The notes beneath the pieces are model-generated. The model ran no database searches. It was given only the letters and a program-made list of their open reading frames with translations, and had not been told where the DNA came from. Source: Nannocystales bacterium (GTDB lineage: Bacteria; Myxococcota_A; Polyangia; Nannocystales; Nannocystaceae). Taken from it: DNA of 64,000 nt. The stretch spans positions 32,001 through 96,000 of the forward strand of contig JBOEGF010000015.1 in the NCBI GenBank assembly GCA_050633305.1. The letters are read 5' to 3'. The translations under genes and the position numbers were made by a program. Position 1 is the first letter of the stretch; each line of letters opens with the position of its first letter. This document shows, one piece after another, positions 1 through 10,383 of this stretch.

Positions 1-1294
1 CGAGAATTCCGAAGTGCAGAATCCCCTCCGCCACGGCGACGAAGACGTTGGCGCCGGCGCCGTAGAGCGCTTGGGCCAGAATCAGACCCACCGACATCAG
101 CGGCAAGGCCAGCGTCACCATGCGCATCGAAGCGGCGGCGGCCTTCGGCACCTCGGGATCGTTGGGCGCGAGCACCGAGATGATTTGCTCGGGGATCACC
201 ATGAAGACGGCCCCGATGACGAGCATTGCGTAGACACCCAAGCGCGCCGACTCCCATCCGTACCGGGCGGCGAGGTTGGGCTTGCCCGCGCCAAGGCTTT
301 GGCTCACGCATGTTGCGGTGGCGGTCCCGAACGCGATGGCCGGCATGAAGCACAGCGCGGAGGTGTCCATGATCGCCTTCGTCGCCGCGGTGTACGTGTT
401 GGCCGTGCCGCCTGACGCCGCGTCGATCTGGCCGACGAAGTACATGAACAGCGCGAAGCCAGCCATGAGAATGACCGTGGCGGTGCCCGAGGGAACCAAC
501 AGCCTGATGATGTTCCACATCACCGAGGTATCGACCTTGCGATGGCGGTAGATCTCGAATCGGCTGCAGTCTCCCGACGCGCTGACGTAGACCATGATCG
601 CCAGCCCAAGGTAGGTGCTGATCACCGATGCGAAACCGGCTCCGGCCAGCTCCATCCGAGGGATGCCCAGCGGCTCGAAGCCGAAGATGAACAGGTAGTT
701 CAGTCCGATGTTGAACACGTTCATCGCCAGCGCGGCCCACAGATGCACGTAGGTGCGCCCGATGCCATCGAAGAAGGCTTTGTAGCTGAACGTGACCACC
801 ATGCCGGCGACACCGATCATACGGATCTGCGTGTACTCGGCACCGAGCGCCGCCTGCAGGGGGCTGGCGCTGGCGAGGGCCTCCACGGCGATCGGGGTTG
901 CGAACCATCCGAAGATGCTGCCGAACGCGCCCGCGAGCACACCAACGCAGAGGCTGTTGAACAACACCTGTCCGGTGGCGACCATGTCGCCTTCGGCAAA
1001 TCGTCGGCCCGTGATCGCCTGGGTGCCCGCGCCGATCGCCGCAAAGAACCCGCCGACGCCCCAGAACACAGGCATGCCCAGCCCGAGCGCGGCTTGCGAT
1101 GCGGTGGCCAACTCGGGCTCGAGACGCCCCACCATGAGCGTGTCGAAGTAGTTCACGAAGAACTGGGTGAGCATCGCGAGGATCACCCACGCGCCCAGCC
1201 GGAACACGCGCCTGACGATCGTCATCTCCAAGCGTAGCGTGAGCAGCTTGGGCGCATCATCGGGGAGCGCGGTGAGGTCTGCTTCCGAGGCCAG
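1..1294 (-). CDS. MATE family efflux transporter (3' end runs off the window)
   Basis: Manual minus-strand translation gives ...MLTQFFVNYFDTLMVGRLEPE...GIGRTYVHLWAALAMNVFNIGLNYLFIFG...ATCVSQSLGAGKP..., which are typical MATE motifs with many TM helices. It is absent from the ORF track because no stop lies in the window. The start is uncertain: CTG at 1294 behind GGAG, or ATG at 1225. Confidence 0.9.
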   Translation of the reverse strand, partial: MASEADLTALPDDAPKLLTLRLEMTIVRRVFRLGAWVILAMLTQFFVNYFDTLMVGRLEPELATASQAALGLGMPVFWGVGGFFAAIGAGTQAITGRRFAEGDMVATGQVLFNSLCVGVLAGAFGSIFGWFATPIAVEALASASPLQAALGAEYTQIRMIGVAGMVVTFSYKAFFDGIGRTYVHLWAALAMNVFNIGLNYLFIFGFEPLGIPRMELAGAGFASVISTYLGLAIMVYVSASGDCSRFEIYRHRKVDTSVMWNIIRLLVPSGTATVILMAGFALFMYFVGQIDAASGGTANTYTAATKAIMDTSALCFMPAIAFGTATATCVSQSLGAGKPNLAARYGWESARLGVYAMLVIGAVFMVIPEQIISVLAPNDPEVPKAAAASMRMVTLALPLMSVGLILAQALYGAGANVFVAVAEGILHFGIL

Positions 1295-1558
1295 AGCCGA
1301 ACTCCAGTACCCCAGCGCGAACCCCACGACAAGGCCGTGGGGGGCCCCGGAACGTGTGTTTGGGGCGCAACGGACGCCCCGTTGCTCAGCGGATTCGAGC
1401 CCGCCGATGGCGTTCGTGACCGCAGAAGGGGCGCCACGGACGATGCGAGCGCACGCGCGGTAGCCGAGCGACTCCGTCTCCGCCACCCCGGATACAAGAG
1501 GGCCCCTCTCGGTATTGGAGATGGGCGGGCACCACCGCGGGTGGAACACCTGGAGTGT

Positions 1559-2644
1559 ATGAACTCCAAACTCTCTTCGGGTTGGCTCTACTGCGTTGCC
1601 GCCGCCCTGCTCTGTCTCGGCTGCGGGGATGACGACTCGAGTCCGGCGAACAGCGCGGGCTCGGCGACGGGGGCGTCGGAAGACACCACCGGGGCCGACC
1701 CATCGACGACCGGCGCGTCCACGGGCGTCGACGGCAGTGACGCACCCGAGGTCGAGCAACTCGTCGCACTCGACCCGGCCGCCATGGAACTCCCCGACGG
1801 GGTCGAGCTCCTCCCCGATGGAACCCTGGTCGCCAGCCTTCCATTCTTGAGCGAGCTGCGGACCTACGACCCGGACAGTGGCGAAGAGCTCGGTCGTCAC
1901 ACCGTGCCCGCACGCTTCGCCAGGCTCTGGTCGACCTCGACGGCGCTGTTCGGCACGACGCCCGAGTCCGTCGCCAACCCCGACTTCGACCCGGTGGAGC
2001 ACGCGGACCTGCAAGGGATCTGGCAGTGGAGCCCCGGCTCAGAGGCGAGCCTGGTCACGCGCCTTCCCGGCGACACGTTCCCTCAAAACGTTGCGGTCCT
2101 GCCCGACGGGACACCCATCGCATCGGACTCGTTTGGCCGTCTGTACGTCCCCGGCAGCACGGTCGAGGAGGCCGAGCTCTGGCTCGAGTCTCCGCTCCTC
2201 GAGGGCGACCCCGCGCTTCCGGGTCCACCCGACCGGTTCCCGGTTCCGATCGGCGCGAACGGGATGGACGTGGTCGGGAACGACCTCTTTGTGACGGTGA
2301 CCGACTATGGGCGAGTCGTGCGAATCCCCCTCGACGGCGGACAGCCAGGCACCCCAGAGGTCTTCGTGGAGAACGACGACCTGTTTGGCATCGCCTCAGT
2401 CGACTTCGACGACGCGGGAAACTTCTATGCCGCCTCCCCTTTCCAAAACACGGTCCTGCGCTATGTGTCGGCGTCCCAAGACGTGGAGGTGCTCGCCAAC
2501 GCAGACGACGGACTCTCCGGCCCATCGCACGCGACGCTTTCGGAGGATGAGCAAACGCTATGGGTCGCCAACTTCGCGTTTGTCCCTTCCGCCGACGGAA
2601 CCCAGAACCCAGGCGTCATTCGAATCACCGGGTTCGCTCCGTGA
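1559..2644 (+). CDS. SMP-30/gluconolactonase-like beta-propeller lipoprotein
   Basis: Lipobox LLCLGC, Ser/Thr-rich linker, and propeller motifs (GANGMDV, FDDAGNFYAA, LWVANF). Start re-called to ATG 1559 behind GGAG. Confidence 0.75.
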   Translation: MNSKLSSGWLYCVAAALLCLGCGDDDSSPANSAGSATGASEDTTGADPSTTGASTGVDGSDAPEVEQLVALDPAAMELPDGVELLPDGTLVASLPFLSELRTYDPDSGEELGRHTVPARFARLWSTSTALFGTTPESVANPDFDPVEHADLQGIWQWSPGSEASLVTRLPGDTFPQNVAVLPDGTPIASDSFGRLYVPGSTVEEAELWLESPLLEGDPALPGPPDRFPVPIGANGMDVVGNDLFVTVTDYGRVVRIPLDGGQPGTPEVFVENDDLFGIASVDFDDAGNFYAASPFQNTVLRYVSASQDVEVLANADDGLSGPSHATLSEDEQTLWVANFAFVPSADGTQNPGVIRITGFAP

Positions 2645-2665
2645 AGGAGCGCGCCTGCAGCGGTT

Positions 2666-3565
2666 TCAGGTTGTCGGGCGTTCCGCCGTTCTGAATGCGT
2701 CTGCGTCGGACTCGACGAAGCGCTTGTCCTCGCGCATCCGCTCGAACAGGAAGTCCAGGAACACGCGGACCCTGGCCGTCCGACGCAGCCCCTCATGCGT
2801 GAGGAGCCAGATCCAACGCTCGAAGTGCGCGCCGTCGATCCGCTCGAGCGCCGGGTCGGCATCGCCGAGGTAACACTCCAGCCGCGCGACCCCCAAGCCC
2901 TCCCGGACCGACGACAACGCTGCACCCGCGGTGGAGACTCGGTGATGAACCGGGAGGTCCTCGAAGGGTCCCTGCTTCCATTCTTTCTCGTGCGCTCGAT
3001 CGGTCCACCCGACCCACCGGTCCCTGCGCGCGCCAGGCTTGCTTGAGGCGTAGGTCGCATAGGCCAACCTCGCGACGCGCCGACCCACCAGGCCTCCGTC
3101 GGGAGCATCACAGACCCGCAGCGCGACGTCGGCCGCACGCTGGTAGAGGTTCTCGAGCGTATTCGACTCGCGAACCTCGACCGCAATCTCGGGGAACTCC
3201 ACACAGAAATCCGCAACGATCGCCGCCAGCCATGCGTCGTAGATCGGACCGGTCGTCGTCAGAACGATCGTTCCGGTCAGTGACTGGTCCGCCCCCTCCA
3301 CGGCACGGCGGAAGTCCGACACGTTCTGTGCAACACGAGCCGCGATACGAAGCGCGGCCTCCCCAACTTCGGTTGGCGTGTGACCGCCTGTGCTTCGGTC
3401 GAACAGGCGAGCACCCAACGCAGCTTCCATCGACAAAACGCGGCGCGAGACGGTTGCCTCACTCACCGAGAGTTCGTGCGCGGCCTTTGCCAAGGACCCT
3501 GCTCGAGCCACGGCGAGACAGTAGTTGATGTCGTCCCACCGAAAGGGGTCGTTGGCCGCGCGCAC
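2666..3565 (-). CDS. LysR family transcriptional regulator
   Basis: N-terminal HTH (WDDINYCLAVARAGSLAKAAHELSVSEATVSRR) followed by a LysR substrate-binding domain. Confidence 0.92.
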   Translation of the reverse strand: MRAANDPFRWDDINYCLAVARAGSLAKAAHELSVSEATVSRRVLSMEAALGARLFDRSTGGHTPTEVGEAALRIAARVAQNVSDFRRAVEGADQSLTGTIVLTTTGPIYDAWLAAIVADFCVEFPEIAVEVRESNTLENLYQRAADVALRVCDAPDGGLVGRRVARLAYATYASSKPGARRDRWVGWTDRAHEKEWKQGPFEDLPVHHRVSTAGAALSSVREGLGVARLECYLGDADPALERIDGAHFERWIWLLTHEGLRRTARVRVFLDFLFERMREDKRFVESDADAFRTAERPTT

Positions 3566-3602
3566 AGCCTACCCCCGACGCACAGACGGCGCGCGGTTGG
3601 GC

Positions 3603-4505
3603 TCACTCGGGTCCATCGGCGAGTTCCCCCGCTGCGACACTGCGGAGTTTCGCGAACGACTCGGCCAGCAGCGTCATCGCAGCCCGCACACGCGGATTGT
3701 TGCGGAGGTCGGCGTGCGTCAGGACCCACCCGGTTCGAGGCTCGCAAGCCGTTGCACCCGGCACCCGAACCAAGCCGGCGTGCGCGTCGCCCAGGATGCA
3801 AGGCAGCATCGCCATTCCAAGACCCGCGGCTGCAGCTTCCGCCTGCGATAGCGGGTCGCCGAAATCCGCCACGACCGAGCAGTCGGGGAACTCCGAGCGC
3901 AGGACCCAACCGGGTCGTGCCTCACCTTCGCCCCAACCCAGCCATCCGGCGGTCGCCGACGGCCCCACCACGGTGTTCTCGGCAAGGTAGTCGGGACTGG
4001 CGTAGGTACACGACCAGAACTCGGGCAGGCGGCGACCGACGAGGTGCGGCTCAGGCTCGGACTGGAACCGTATTGCAATGTCCGCCTCCCGTCGGTTGAG
4101 GTTCACGAAGCTGTCGGTCGTCACCACCGTGAGACGGACGTCCGGGTACTCGGTGCGCAGTTGGGCGAGGACGGGCATCACAACGGACTGCGCGATGATC
4201 GGCGGCATCGTGACGCGAAGAGGTCCAGTGAGCTCCGCGTCGCGACCGAAAACGACGCGCTCCATCTCCAACACCTCGGACTCGACGCGCTCCGCGTGCT
4301 GGAGGATCGATCGACCAACCTCGGTGAGCGCCAGTCCAGCTTGCTCTCTCGTGAAGACTCTCGACCCAGTCGCGGTTTCGAGGTTGGCCAGACGGCGCGA
4401 GATCGTCGAATGACTCAACCCGGTTTCCCGCGCCGCCCCCCGGACCGAGCGCTTGCGCTCGAGCGCGAGAAAGACCCTCAGATCGTCCCAATCCAGCTTG
4501 CCCAT
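3603..4505 (-). CDS. LysR family transcriptional regulator
   Basis: MGKLDWDDLRVFLAL...HSTISRRL HTH; divergent from the 4652-5842 gene pair. Confidence 0.93.
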   Translation of the reverse strand: MGKLDWDDLRVFLALERKRSVRGAARETGLSHSTISRRLANLETATGSRVFTREQAGLALTEVGRSILQHAERVESEVLEMERVVFGRDAELTGPLRVTMPPIIAQSVVMPVLAQLRTEYPDVRLTVVTTDSFVNLNRREADIAIRFQSEPEPHLVGRRLPEFWSCTYASPDYLAENTVVGPSATAGWLGWGEGEARPGWVLRSEFPDCSVVADFGDPLSQAEAAAAGLGMAMLPCILGDAHAGLVRVPGATACEPRTGWVLTHADLRNNPRVRAAMTLLAESFAKLRSVAAGELADGPE

Positions 4506-4651
4506 GACCCGTGCGCCTGAAGCGTCCGCTCTATGCAGAGTTGGACGATTCCTGCACCACCGCAAGGCATTTTCCGCGCCTTACCGCGACCCGCAGCCGG
4601 CCCTACGTTGCTCGGTGCCGCGAATGCACGCGGACACACCAGGAGAAACCC

Positions 4652-5179
4652 ATGAAGATCTCACTGTCTCAAGGTCAGCGACTCGAGCTTGCGGTTGCGC
4701 GCCTCATCGAAGGACGCGAGGACCAGCTGTTCGGCAAGTACTTCCCCACAGTCGGTCCCGTCCTGTCCAGGTACGACGCACGTCCAGCCGGCTCGTTCAC
4801 GGTCGTCTCGTCGGAAGGTCTCGAGGAGCCAGGGTTTGGCGCGCTCTTCATCTGGCCATCGTCTGCGACCTTTGCCCAGTTCCACCAAGACCCCGAGTTC
4901 AGGGCTCTGGCCCCTCTGCGAGACGAAGCCCTTTCTCTCCTGTCCAACGGCCATTTCTTCGCCGCGAAAGACCTCGCGGTCGAAGTGCCCGACGAGGACC
5001 TCGCGCTGCAGTTGGTCGACGTCGGCACCGAGATCCCAGGGACGCTCCTCTCCCTTCGCGCAGCCGACGACAGCCCGAACGACCGCTACGCGGGGAAAGC
5101 CCTGGTGCTCTGCACGTGGTCCGACGCTGCGACCGCCGCGAAGAGCGTGGCGTCGTGCCGTATCCGCTTTAACACCTGA
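4652..5179 (+). CDS. DUF1330-like (dimeric alpha-beta barrel) protein
   Basis: AGGAG RBS before ATG 4652. The pattern YFPTVGPVLSRY...WPSSATFAQFHQDPEF...LRDEAL resembles DUF1330/NIPSNAP-type barrels. Confidence 0.55.
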   Translation: MKISLSQGQRLELAVARLIEGREDQLFGKYFPTVGPVLSRYDARPAGSFTVVSSEGLEEPGFGALFIWPSSATFAQFHQDPEFRALAPLRDEALSLLSNGHFFAAKDLAVEVPDEDLALQLVDVGTEIPGTLLSLRAADDSPNDRYAGKALVLCTWSDAATAAKSVASCRIRFNT

Positions 5180-5194
5180 CCGAAAGCAACCCCA

Positions 5195-5842
5195 ATGAAG
5201 CTCTACTCTGATGTCCGCTCCGGCAGCTGCCGCCGGGTTTTGACCGTCATCGAACACCTTGGCATCGACCTCGAGATCGTCGACGTCGACATTCTCGCAG
5301 GCGCCACCAAGGCCCCCGACTTCCTCGCGCTCAACCCCAACGGCCTGCTCCCCGTCCTCCAAGACGGCGACACGATCCTGTGGGAGGCCGCGGCGATCAT
5401 GCTCTACCTGTGCGAGAGCGTCGGGGACACCACCCTCGTCCCCGTGGGTCCGGCGCGCTTCGACATGTTCCGTTGGATGTTCTGGGCCGCCGAGCACTTC
5501 CGTATCCCCGCGCCGATCTACTTTGAGGAGAACGTCGTGGCGCCAATCATGGGAGGACAACCCGATGCCACCCGGATCGCCGAAGCGGATCGACGCATCG
5601 AGCATGATGCCCCGATCCTGGACACCCACCTCGCGACGCGGCGATTCGTGCTTGGGGACCGGCCAACCTTGGCAGACATCGACCTCGCGGCGCCGTTGAG
5701 CCAAATGCCCCGCAGCCGTGTCCCCTACCAGAAGTTCCCCAACATCATGCGTTGGTACGAGGAACTCGGGGTCGCGCTTCCGGCCTGGGGAACGACCGGG
5801 AAACAGCTGCACGACTCGATGGAGCAGGCCCTCGCGGGCTGA
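5195..5842 (+). CDS. Glutathione S-transferase family protein
   Basis: LNPNGLLPVLQDGD..LWEAAAIMLYL N-domain and PTLADI C-domain motif. Confidence 0.93.
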   Translation: MKLYSDVRSGSCRRVLTVIEHLGIDLEIVDVDILAGATKAPDFLALNPNGLLPVLQDGDTILWEAAAIMLYLCESVGDTTLVPVGPARFDMFRWMFWAAEHFRIPAPIYFEENVVAPIMGGQPDATRIAEADRRIEHDAPILDTHLATRRFVLGDRPTLADIDLAAPLSQMPRSRVPYQKFPNIMRWYEELGVALPAWGTTGKQLHDSMEQALAG

Positions 5843-5886
5843 CGACAGCGCGGCGTTCCCCGAGCGGCTGGTAGCATTCGCGCTCC

Positions 5887-8001
5887 ATGACAGGAGTCAG
5901 GAACAAGCGTCGCTCGGCTTCGACTCACCTCAGACGAGGGTGCAGCGCACTCGGGGGCCTGGGCGCCATGGCCCTGACTTCGGCCTGCGCGATGCACCCG
6001 TGCCCGACGGCAGAACCCCTGCCATGGGAGCAAGCGTACGAGACCGTCTCGTTGACCGCCGCCGATGCTGCCACGAACGAGCCACTCGACAATCGCATGG
6101 CTGCCGTCATGAGCTGTCGCGTCGACCCTTGCTACGACTTCTACACCTACGCCTGCGGAGGATGGCAAGAGGCGCTCGAACAAGAACAGGCCTATCGAGG
6201 GGTCGGCTTGCGGCAGCTCAGCACCCTCAACCAGATGTGGATTCGCGACATCATCAAGGTCGCCGCAACCAACCCTGGGGCAAGCGAGGACCGCCGCCGC
6301 ATCACGGAGTTCTCCCGCGCCTGCCAGGACCACGCCCCCCGGGAGCGCGGCCTGAAGTTGGTGAAAAACATCCTCGCGCCGCTCGACCAAGTCAAAGACA
6401 TGCCCGGCTTCGCCAAGGTCGTTGGGGAGCTGCAATACTTCGGAGGAGCGCCGGCCCGGCTCACGGTCGGCGACCACCCGAGGACCGGACGTCGCAACCT
6501 GTGGCTCTCCCTCCCGGTCACGGGTATGCACGCGTTCCGCTACTCCGACCCGAGAGTCATGCGACGCTACCGCGCATTCATCCGCGCCAGTTTCGTCGCG
6601 CTCGGGATGCCCTTGGCGCGTGCGCGGTCCGAAGCGACGCTGGTGGTGGAGTTGGAGGCCAAGCTCGCGCGACTCGAGCTCGCCTCGCAAAGGAGGCTCT
6701 CCTCCGCCATGGTCCCCGAGATCGTCGAGATTCAGGACACGGGTTTCGGCGGGTTCTCATGGCCAGCGGTGCTCACGGCGATGGGCCTGGACGCGTCCAG
6801 CCGCATTCTGGCGGTCGACCCGGTCCTGGTCCGCAACGTGCTCGCGCTGTGGTCGCAGCCGGAAAACCTCGACGCGGTCCTCGCCTATACCCGCTGGCAA
6901 GTCCTGCACCTCAACACCGACTCGCTCGGGGGCGAGTTCGAACGCCTCAACGACGACTTTCATATTCGCTTCCTCGCGGGCCTCGAGTACTACGACCCCC
7001 CGTCTGAGCTTCGCTGCTCAGAGACCACCTACACCTGGATGCGCGACCCGATCGATCGCATCTACACCGAGGTCACGTACTCCGCTGCGCAACACGAACT
7101 TGCACGCAGGGTGGCTCAAGACGTCGCCGGCGCACTCGATCGCCGACTCGCCGCCAACACCTGGCTCGACCCCTCCACCCGAGCAACGGCCCGCAAGAAG
7201 TTGCACGCCTTGGACGCCAGGATTGGCGCGCCCTCGGGGTGGCGACCGTTCCCCGCAGACGTCAACCTTGGGTCCGACCACGCCGTCAACGTGCTGCGAC
7301 TTCGGCGTGCCAGCGCCATCGAGAGCTACCGCGAGCTGCACGAAACACTCGTCCCACGCTGGGCGCCCTTGGCCGAGGCCAATGCTTTCTACGAGCCTCC
7401 CCACAACAGGATCACCCTGCCCGCCGGCGTCTTGCAGCCGCCCTACTTCGGACCCGGGCTTCCCTACGTGGTCAACCTGGCTCGAATCGGAAACGGCGTT
7501 GGGCACGAACTCTCCCATGCCTTCGACAACGTTGGTCGTCTCTTCGATGAACAGGGCCGCCTCTCACCGTGGTTCACCCCGGCCGACAACCAAGCATTCG
7601 CCCAGCGAGCGCAGTGCCTGGTCGACGCGTTCGACGGCCAGCGGGTGGCCAACGGCGCGCGCCTCGACGGACACCGAACACTCGCGGAGAACATCGCCGA
7701 CTTGGGGGGCATGCATGCGTCCTGGTCCGCGTATCAGACCTGGTTGAGGCGACACCCCGACCAGGCAGGACCTCACGTCGACGGTCTCACCGATGCCCAG
7801 CTGTTCTTCCTCGCGTACGGCCAGACCTGGTGCAGTGACGAGACCGGAGCCCAAGCCGCGGCCGCTGCCGAAGTCGACACGCACAGCAGCAACAAACACC
7901 GCGTCAACATCATGCTCGCCAACTTCCCCCCGTTCCAGGAGGCGTTCACGTGCGAGCCGGGCGATGTCATGGTTGCGGAGAACGCCTGCGTGGTCTGGTG
8001 A
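5887..8001 (+). CDS. M13 family (neprilysin/ECE-like) metallopeptidase
   Basis: VDPCYDFYTYACGGW, NAFY, HELSH zinc motif, ENIAD. Possible lipoprotein signal; the start may be slightly downstream. Confidence 0.93.
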   Translation: MTGVRNKRRSASTHLRRGCSALGGLGAMALTSACAMHPCPTAEPLPWEQAYETVSLTAADAATNEPLDNRMAAVMSCRVDPCYDFYTYACGGWQEALEQEQAYRGVGLRQLSTLNQMWIRDIIKVAATNPGASEDRRRITEFSRACQDHAPRERGLKLVKNILAPLDQVKDMPGFAKVVGELQYFGGAPARLTVGDHPRTGRRNLWLSLPVTGMHAFRYSDPRVMRRYRAFIRASFVALGMPLARARSEATLVVELEAKLARLELASQRRLSSAMVPEIVEIQDTGFGGFSWPAVLTAMGLDASSRILAVDPVLVRNVLALWSQPENLDAVLAYTRWQVLHLNTDSLGGEFERLNDDFHIRFLAGLEYYDPPSELRCSETTYTWMRDPIDRIYTEVTYSAAQHELARRVAQDVAGALDRRLAANTWLDPSTRATARKKLHALDARIGAPSGWRPFPADVNLGSDHAVNVLRLRRASAIESYRELHETLVPRWAPLAEANAFYEPPHNRITLPAGVLQPPYFGPGLPYVVNLARIGNGVGHELSHAFDNVGRLFDEQGRLSPWFTPADNQAFAQRAQCLVDAFDGQRVANGARLDGHRTLAENIADLGGMHASWSAYQTWLRRHPDQAGPHVDGLTDAQLFFLAYGQTWCSDETGAQAAAAAEVDTHSSNKHRVNIMLANFPPFQEAFTCEPGDVMVAENACVVW

Positions 8002-8031
8002 ACCGCGGTGGCTTGTGTGGGGCTCGCCGAC

Positions 8032-9234
8032 TCAAGCCTGCGGGTCGAGGCGAGCGAGACGGCCGACCCGAAACGCCGCCTCCATGAGCATGTCTCCAGC
8101 AATCGCAGCGCGAAGCATGAAGTGACCCGTCAGGGACCAAGCCGCGTCCTCAGGCAGCGTTTCTGCGGCCATGCAGGCGTGTAGGAATCGTCGCCGAATT
8201 GCCGGCCAGGCGTTGTAGACGAGCAGCTCCAGGAACATGACGACCAACACGGCGAGGGCCGTAAGACCCATGCGAGCGACGATTCCCCACGCACTCGAGA
8301 TGGACCCAGCCAACGAGATGTACGTCGACAACCCGCAGATGACGGCGAGGGCCATGAACGGAGTCGTCAACGGAGCCAGCACTCGACTCGGGCTCTGCTC
8401 GACCTGCAAGGGCAGCTCCTGCGTTCCCTCCTCCACGAGTTCCTCGTACCGCTGAAGGAGTTCGGCGAGATACGACGCCAGCGCCCGCCGACGCGACAAC
8501 GTCGCGGAGAGGAACCGCCAGGCCTCCGTGGGCTCGCTCCAGTACCAGGCCGCCAACGCACGGCCGAGCTCGATAGCCCGTGTTTCGTCCGCCAGCCCAG
8601 CCGAATGCACCACGAAGTCGCTGAACGCGGGAGGAACGTCCTCATGCGCCTCGAGATGCTCCCAGTCCGGACTCACCAACAGCAACAAGGCGACCTCCTC
8701 ATCCATCCAGCTGTGAACGAGTTCGGGATAGCGTGTCGTCAGGGCGTCGTAACCCGAACGGTTCGAGAGCACCGACACCTTCGACACCTGATGAGTGAGC
8801 CACCCCAACCGCCCATCCTCGTCGTCGATCATCGCGTTGGCCCATCGCTCCTCCATGACAAGGGCGAGGGCAGCCTCGACATCGCCCTGCACCAATGCAT
8901 GCTCTACCGCGTCGGGGTCCACGTCATGCTGGACGATGGTTTCGGGTCCACGGTCGGCGTCTGGCGGTTCCGTGTGGGGCAAGTCCAACGCCGGGGACCC
9001 TCGCTCCGGCGACTCGGCGGGGCCGGTTGCACGCCCCTCCTCGATCGACGCCAAGAAATCTCGCAGGCGAAGGTGCTCGCTCACCTCGGCGAACGCCTCA
9101 CGCAGCTGCTGAAACCCCTCGGGGTCCGAGTCGGGTTTGTGACGCTTGAGGAGCTTGTGATAGGCGCGCTTGATCGCCTTGGCATCCGCGTCCTCGGCCA
9201 CCCCGAGGAGCTCGACCGCTTCACTCAGTTTCAT
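8032..9234 (-). CDS. J-domain membrane protein (DjlB/DjlC-like HscC co-chaperone)
   Basis: N-terminal J-like domain IKRAYHKLLKRHKPDSDPEGFQQLREAF and a C-terminal TM pair. Its ATG overlaps the upstream stop (ATGA). Confidence 0.8.
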   Translation of the reverse strand: MKLSEAVELLGVAEDADAKAIKRAYHKLLKRHKPDSDPEGFQQLREAFAEVSEHLRLRDFLASIEEGRATGPAESPERGSPALDLPHTEPPDADRGPETIVQHDVDPDAVEHALVQGDVEAALALVMEERWANAMIDDEDGRLGWLTHQVSKVSVLSNRSGYDALTTRYPELVHSWMDEEVALLLLVSPDWEHLEAHEDVPPAFSDFVVHSAGLADETRAIELGRALAAWYWSEPTEAWRFLSATLSRRRALASYLAELLQRYEELVEEGTQELPLQVEQSPSRVLAPLTTPFMALAVICGLSTYISLAGSISSAWGIVARMGLTALAVLVVMFLELLVYNAWPAIRRRFLHACMAAETLPEDAAWSLTGHFMLRAAIAGDMLMEAAFRVGRLARLDPQA

Positions 9235-10382
9235 GATCCACGTCCAAGCTGTGCGAGCCGCCCGATGTGGAATCCCAGCTCGAGTCCCTCGTCCTGTTCG
9301 ACTGTCCGGCGCAGGTAGAGGTGAACGCCAAACCCAGCAGCCGCGCGCGACGGTTCCAGCCCGGCCTCGATGCACGCCAACAGAAAGCGTCGGCGCAGGG
9401 ACGGCAACGCTTCATATACGGCGCCCTCTCCGTAGATGAAACCGAGGACGCCACCCACCCCAAGCATCCGCAAGATCGCCCAGATGCCTCCTCCAAACCT
9501 GCCAGCGAGGAGGAGGACAAGCGGGACTACGACGGCCAAGACCGTGGTCGGCCAAGTGAGCACACGGAGGGCTTTCGCTGGAGCGTCGCCAGTGGCGTGA
9601 GCCGCGAGTTCGGCGTCGAACTCGAGGGCCAGCTCGCACAAAAAAGGCGCCACGTCATCGCTGTAGAGCGCGACCGAGTCCATCAGACGAATGCCTCGGG
9701 CAACATCTCGCTCGAACCACTCTCCGAGTGCTCGAGCCAACACCCGGCGCTCCTCGGGAGCGTCCACCACAGGAGCACGTGTGGCAAACGCGACCAGGGC
9801 TGGCGGCAACTCGACCCGTCCCGCCAGCTTCAGCCACTCCCCGCTGACCCGCAGGAGGTAGACGAGCTGCTCGTCGCCACTGTCGAAAGCCTCCGGGTAT
9901 TTCGATGCCAACAGATCGAACGTCGGGCGGTGCTGCAGCACGAGAAGAAGCCCCAGTCGGCGTGTCGCCCAACGCAGCGCTTCATCGTGGTCCCCAAGCA
10001 TCGCGGCGCCCCAACGGTCGTCCATCACCAGCTCGAACGCCCATCGAAGCTCGTCACGATCGAGGGCGTCATGCACCACCGCCGGGTCCACGTTGGACCC
10101 CGGATCCTCGTCCGAGACTGGCGACGCTTGCTCGTCATAGCCGTGCTGCGCCCTCACCTCGCCGTCCCCCGAAGGCGGCATCGACTCTTCGAATCGGTCC
10201 TCGAAGGCTTGCAGCGCCGCCGCCTCACTCGCCGCCTCGAACGCGTCCCTCAGACGCCGAAACCCTTCGGGGTCGGAGTCCGGTTTGTGGTGCTTGAGCA
10301 GCTTGTGATACGCGCGCTTGACCGTTCGGGCATCTGCCCCCGGTGCGACCCGCAGGATTTCGAAAGCTTCGGACGCAGTCAT
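9231..10382 (-). CDS. J-domain membrane protein (paralog of 8032-9234)
   Basis: VKRAYHKLLKHHKPDSDPEGFRRLRDAF and a C-terminal TM pair; lies 1 nt after the hscC stop. Confidence 0.8.
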   Translation of the reverse strand: MTASEAFEILRVAPGADARTVKRAYHKLLKHHKPDSDPEGFRRLRDAFEAASEAAALQAFEDRFEESMPPSGDGEVRAQHGYDEQASPVSDEDPGSNVDPAVVHDALDRDELRWAFELVMDDRWGAAMLGDHDEALRWATRRLGLLLVLQHRPTFDLLASKYPEAFDSGDEQLVYLLRVSGEWLKLAGRVELPPALVAFATRAPVVDAPEERRVLARALGEWFERDVARGIRLMDSVALYSDDVAPFLCELALEFDAELAAHATGDAPAKALRVLTWPTTVLAVVVPLVLLLAGRFGGGIWAILRMLGVGGVLGFIYGEGAVYEALPSLRRRFLLACIEAGLEPSRAAAGFGVHLYLRRTVEQDEGLELGFHIGRLAQLGRGS

Positions 10383-10383
10383 C

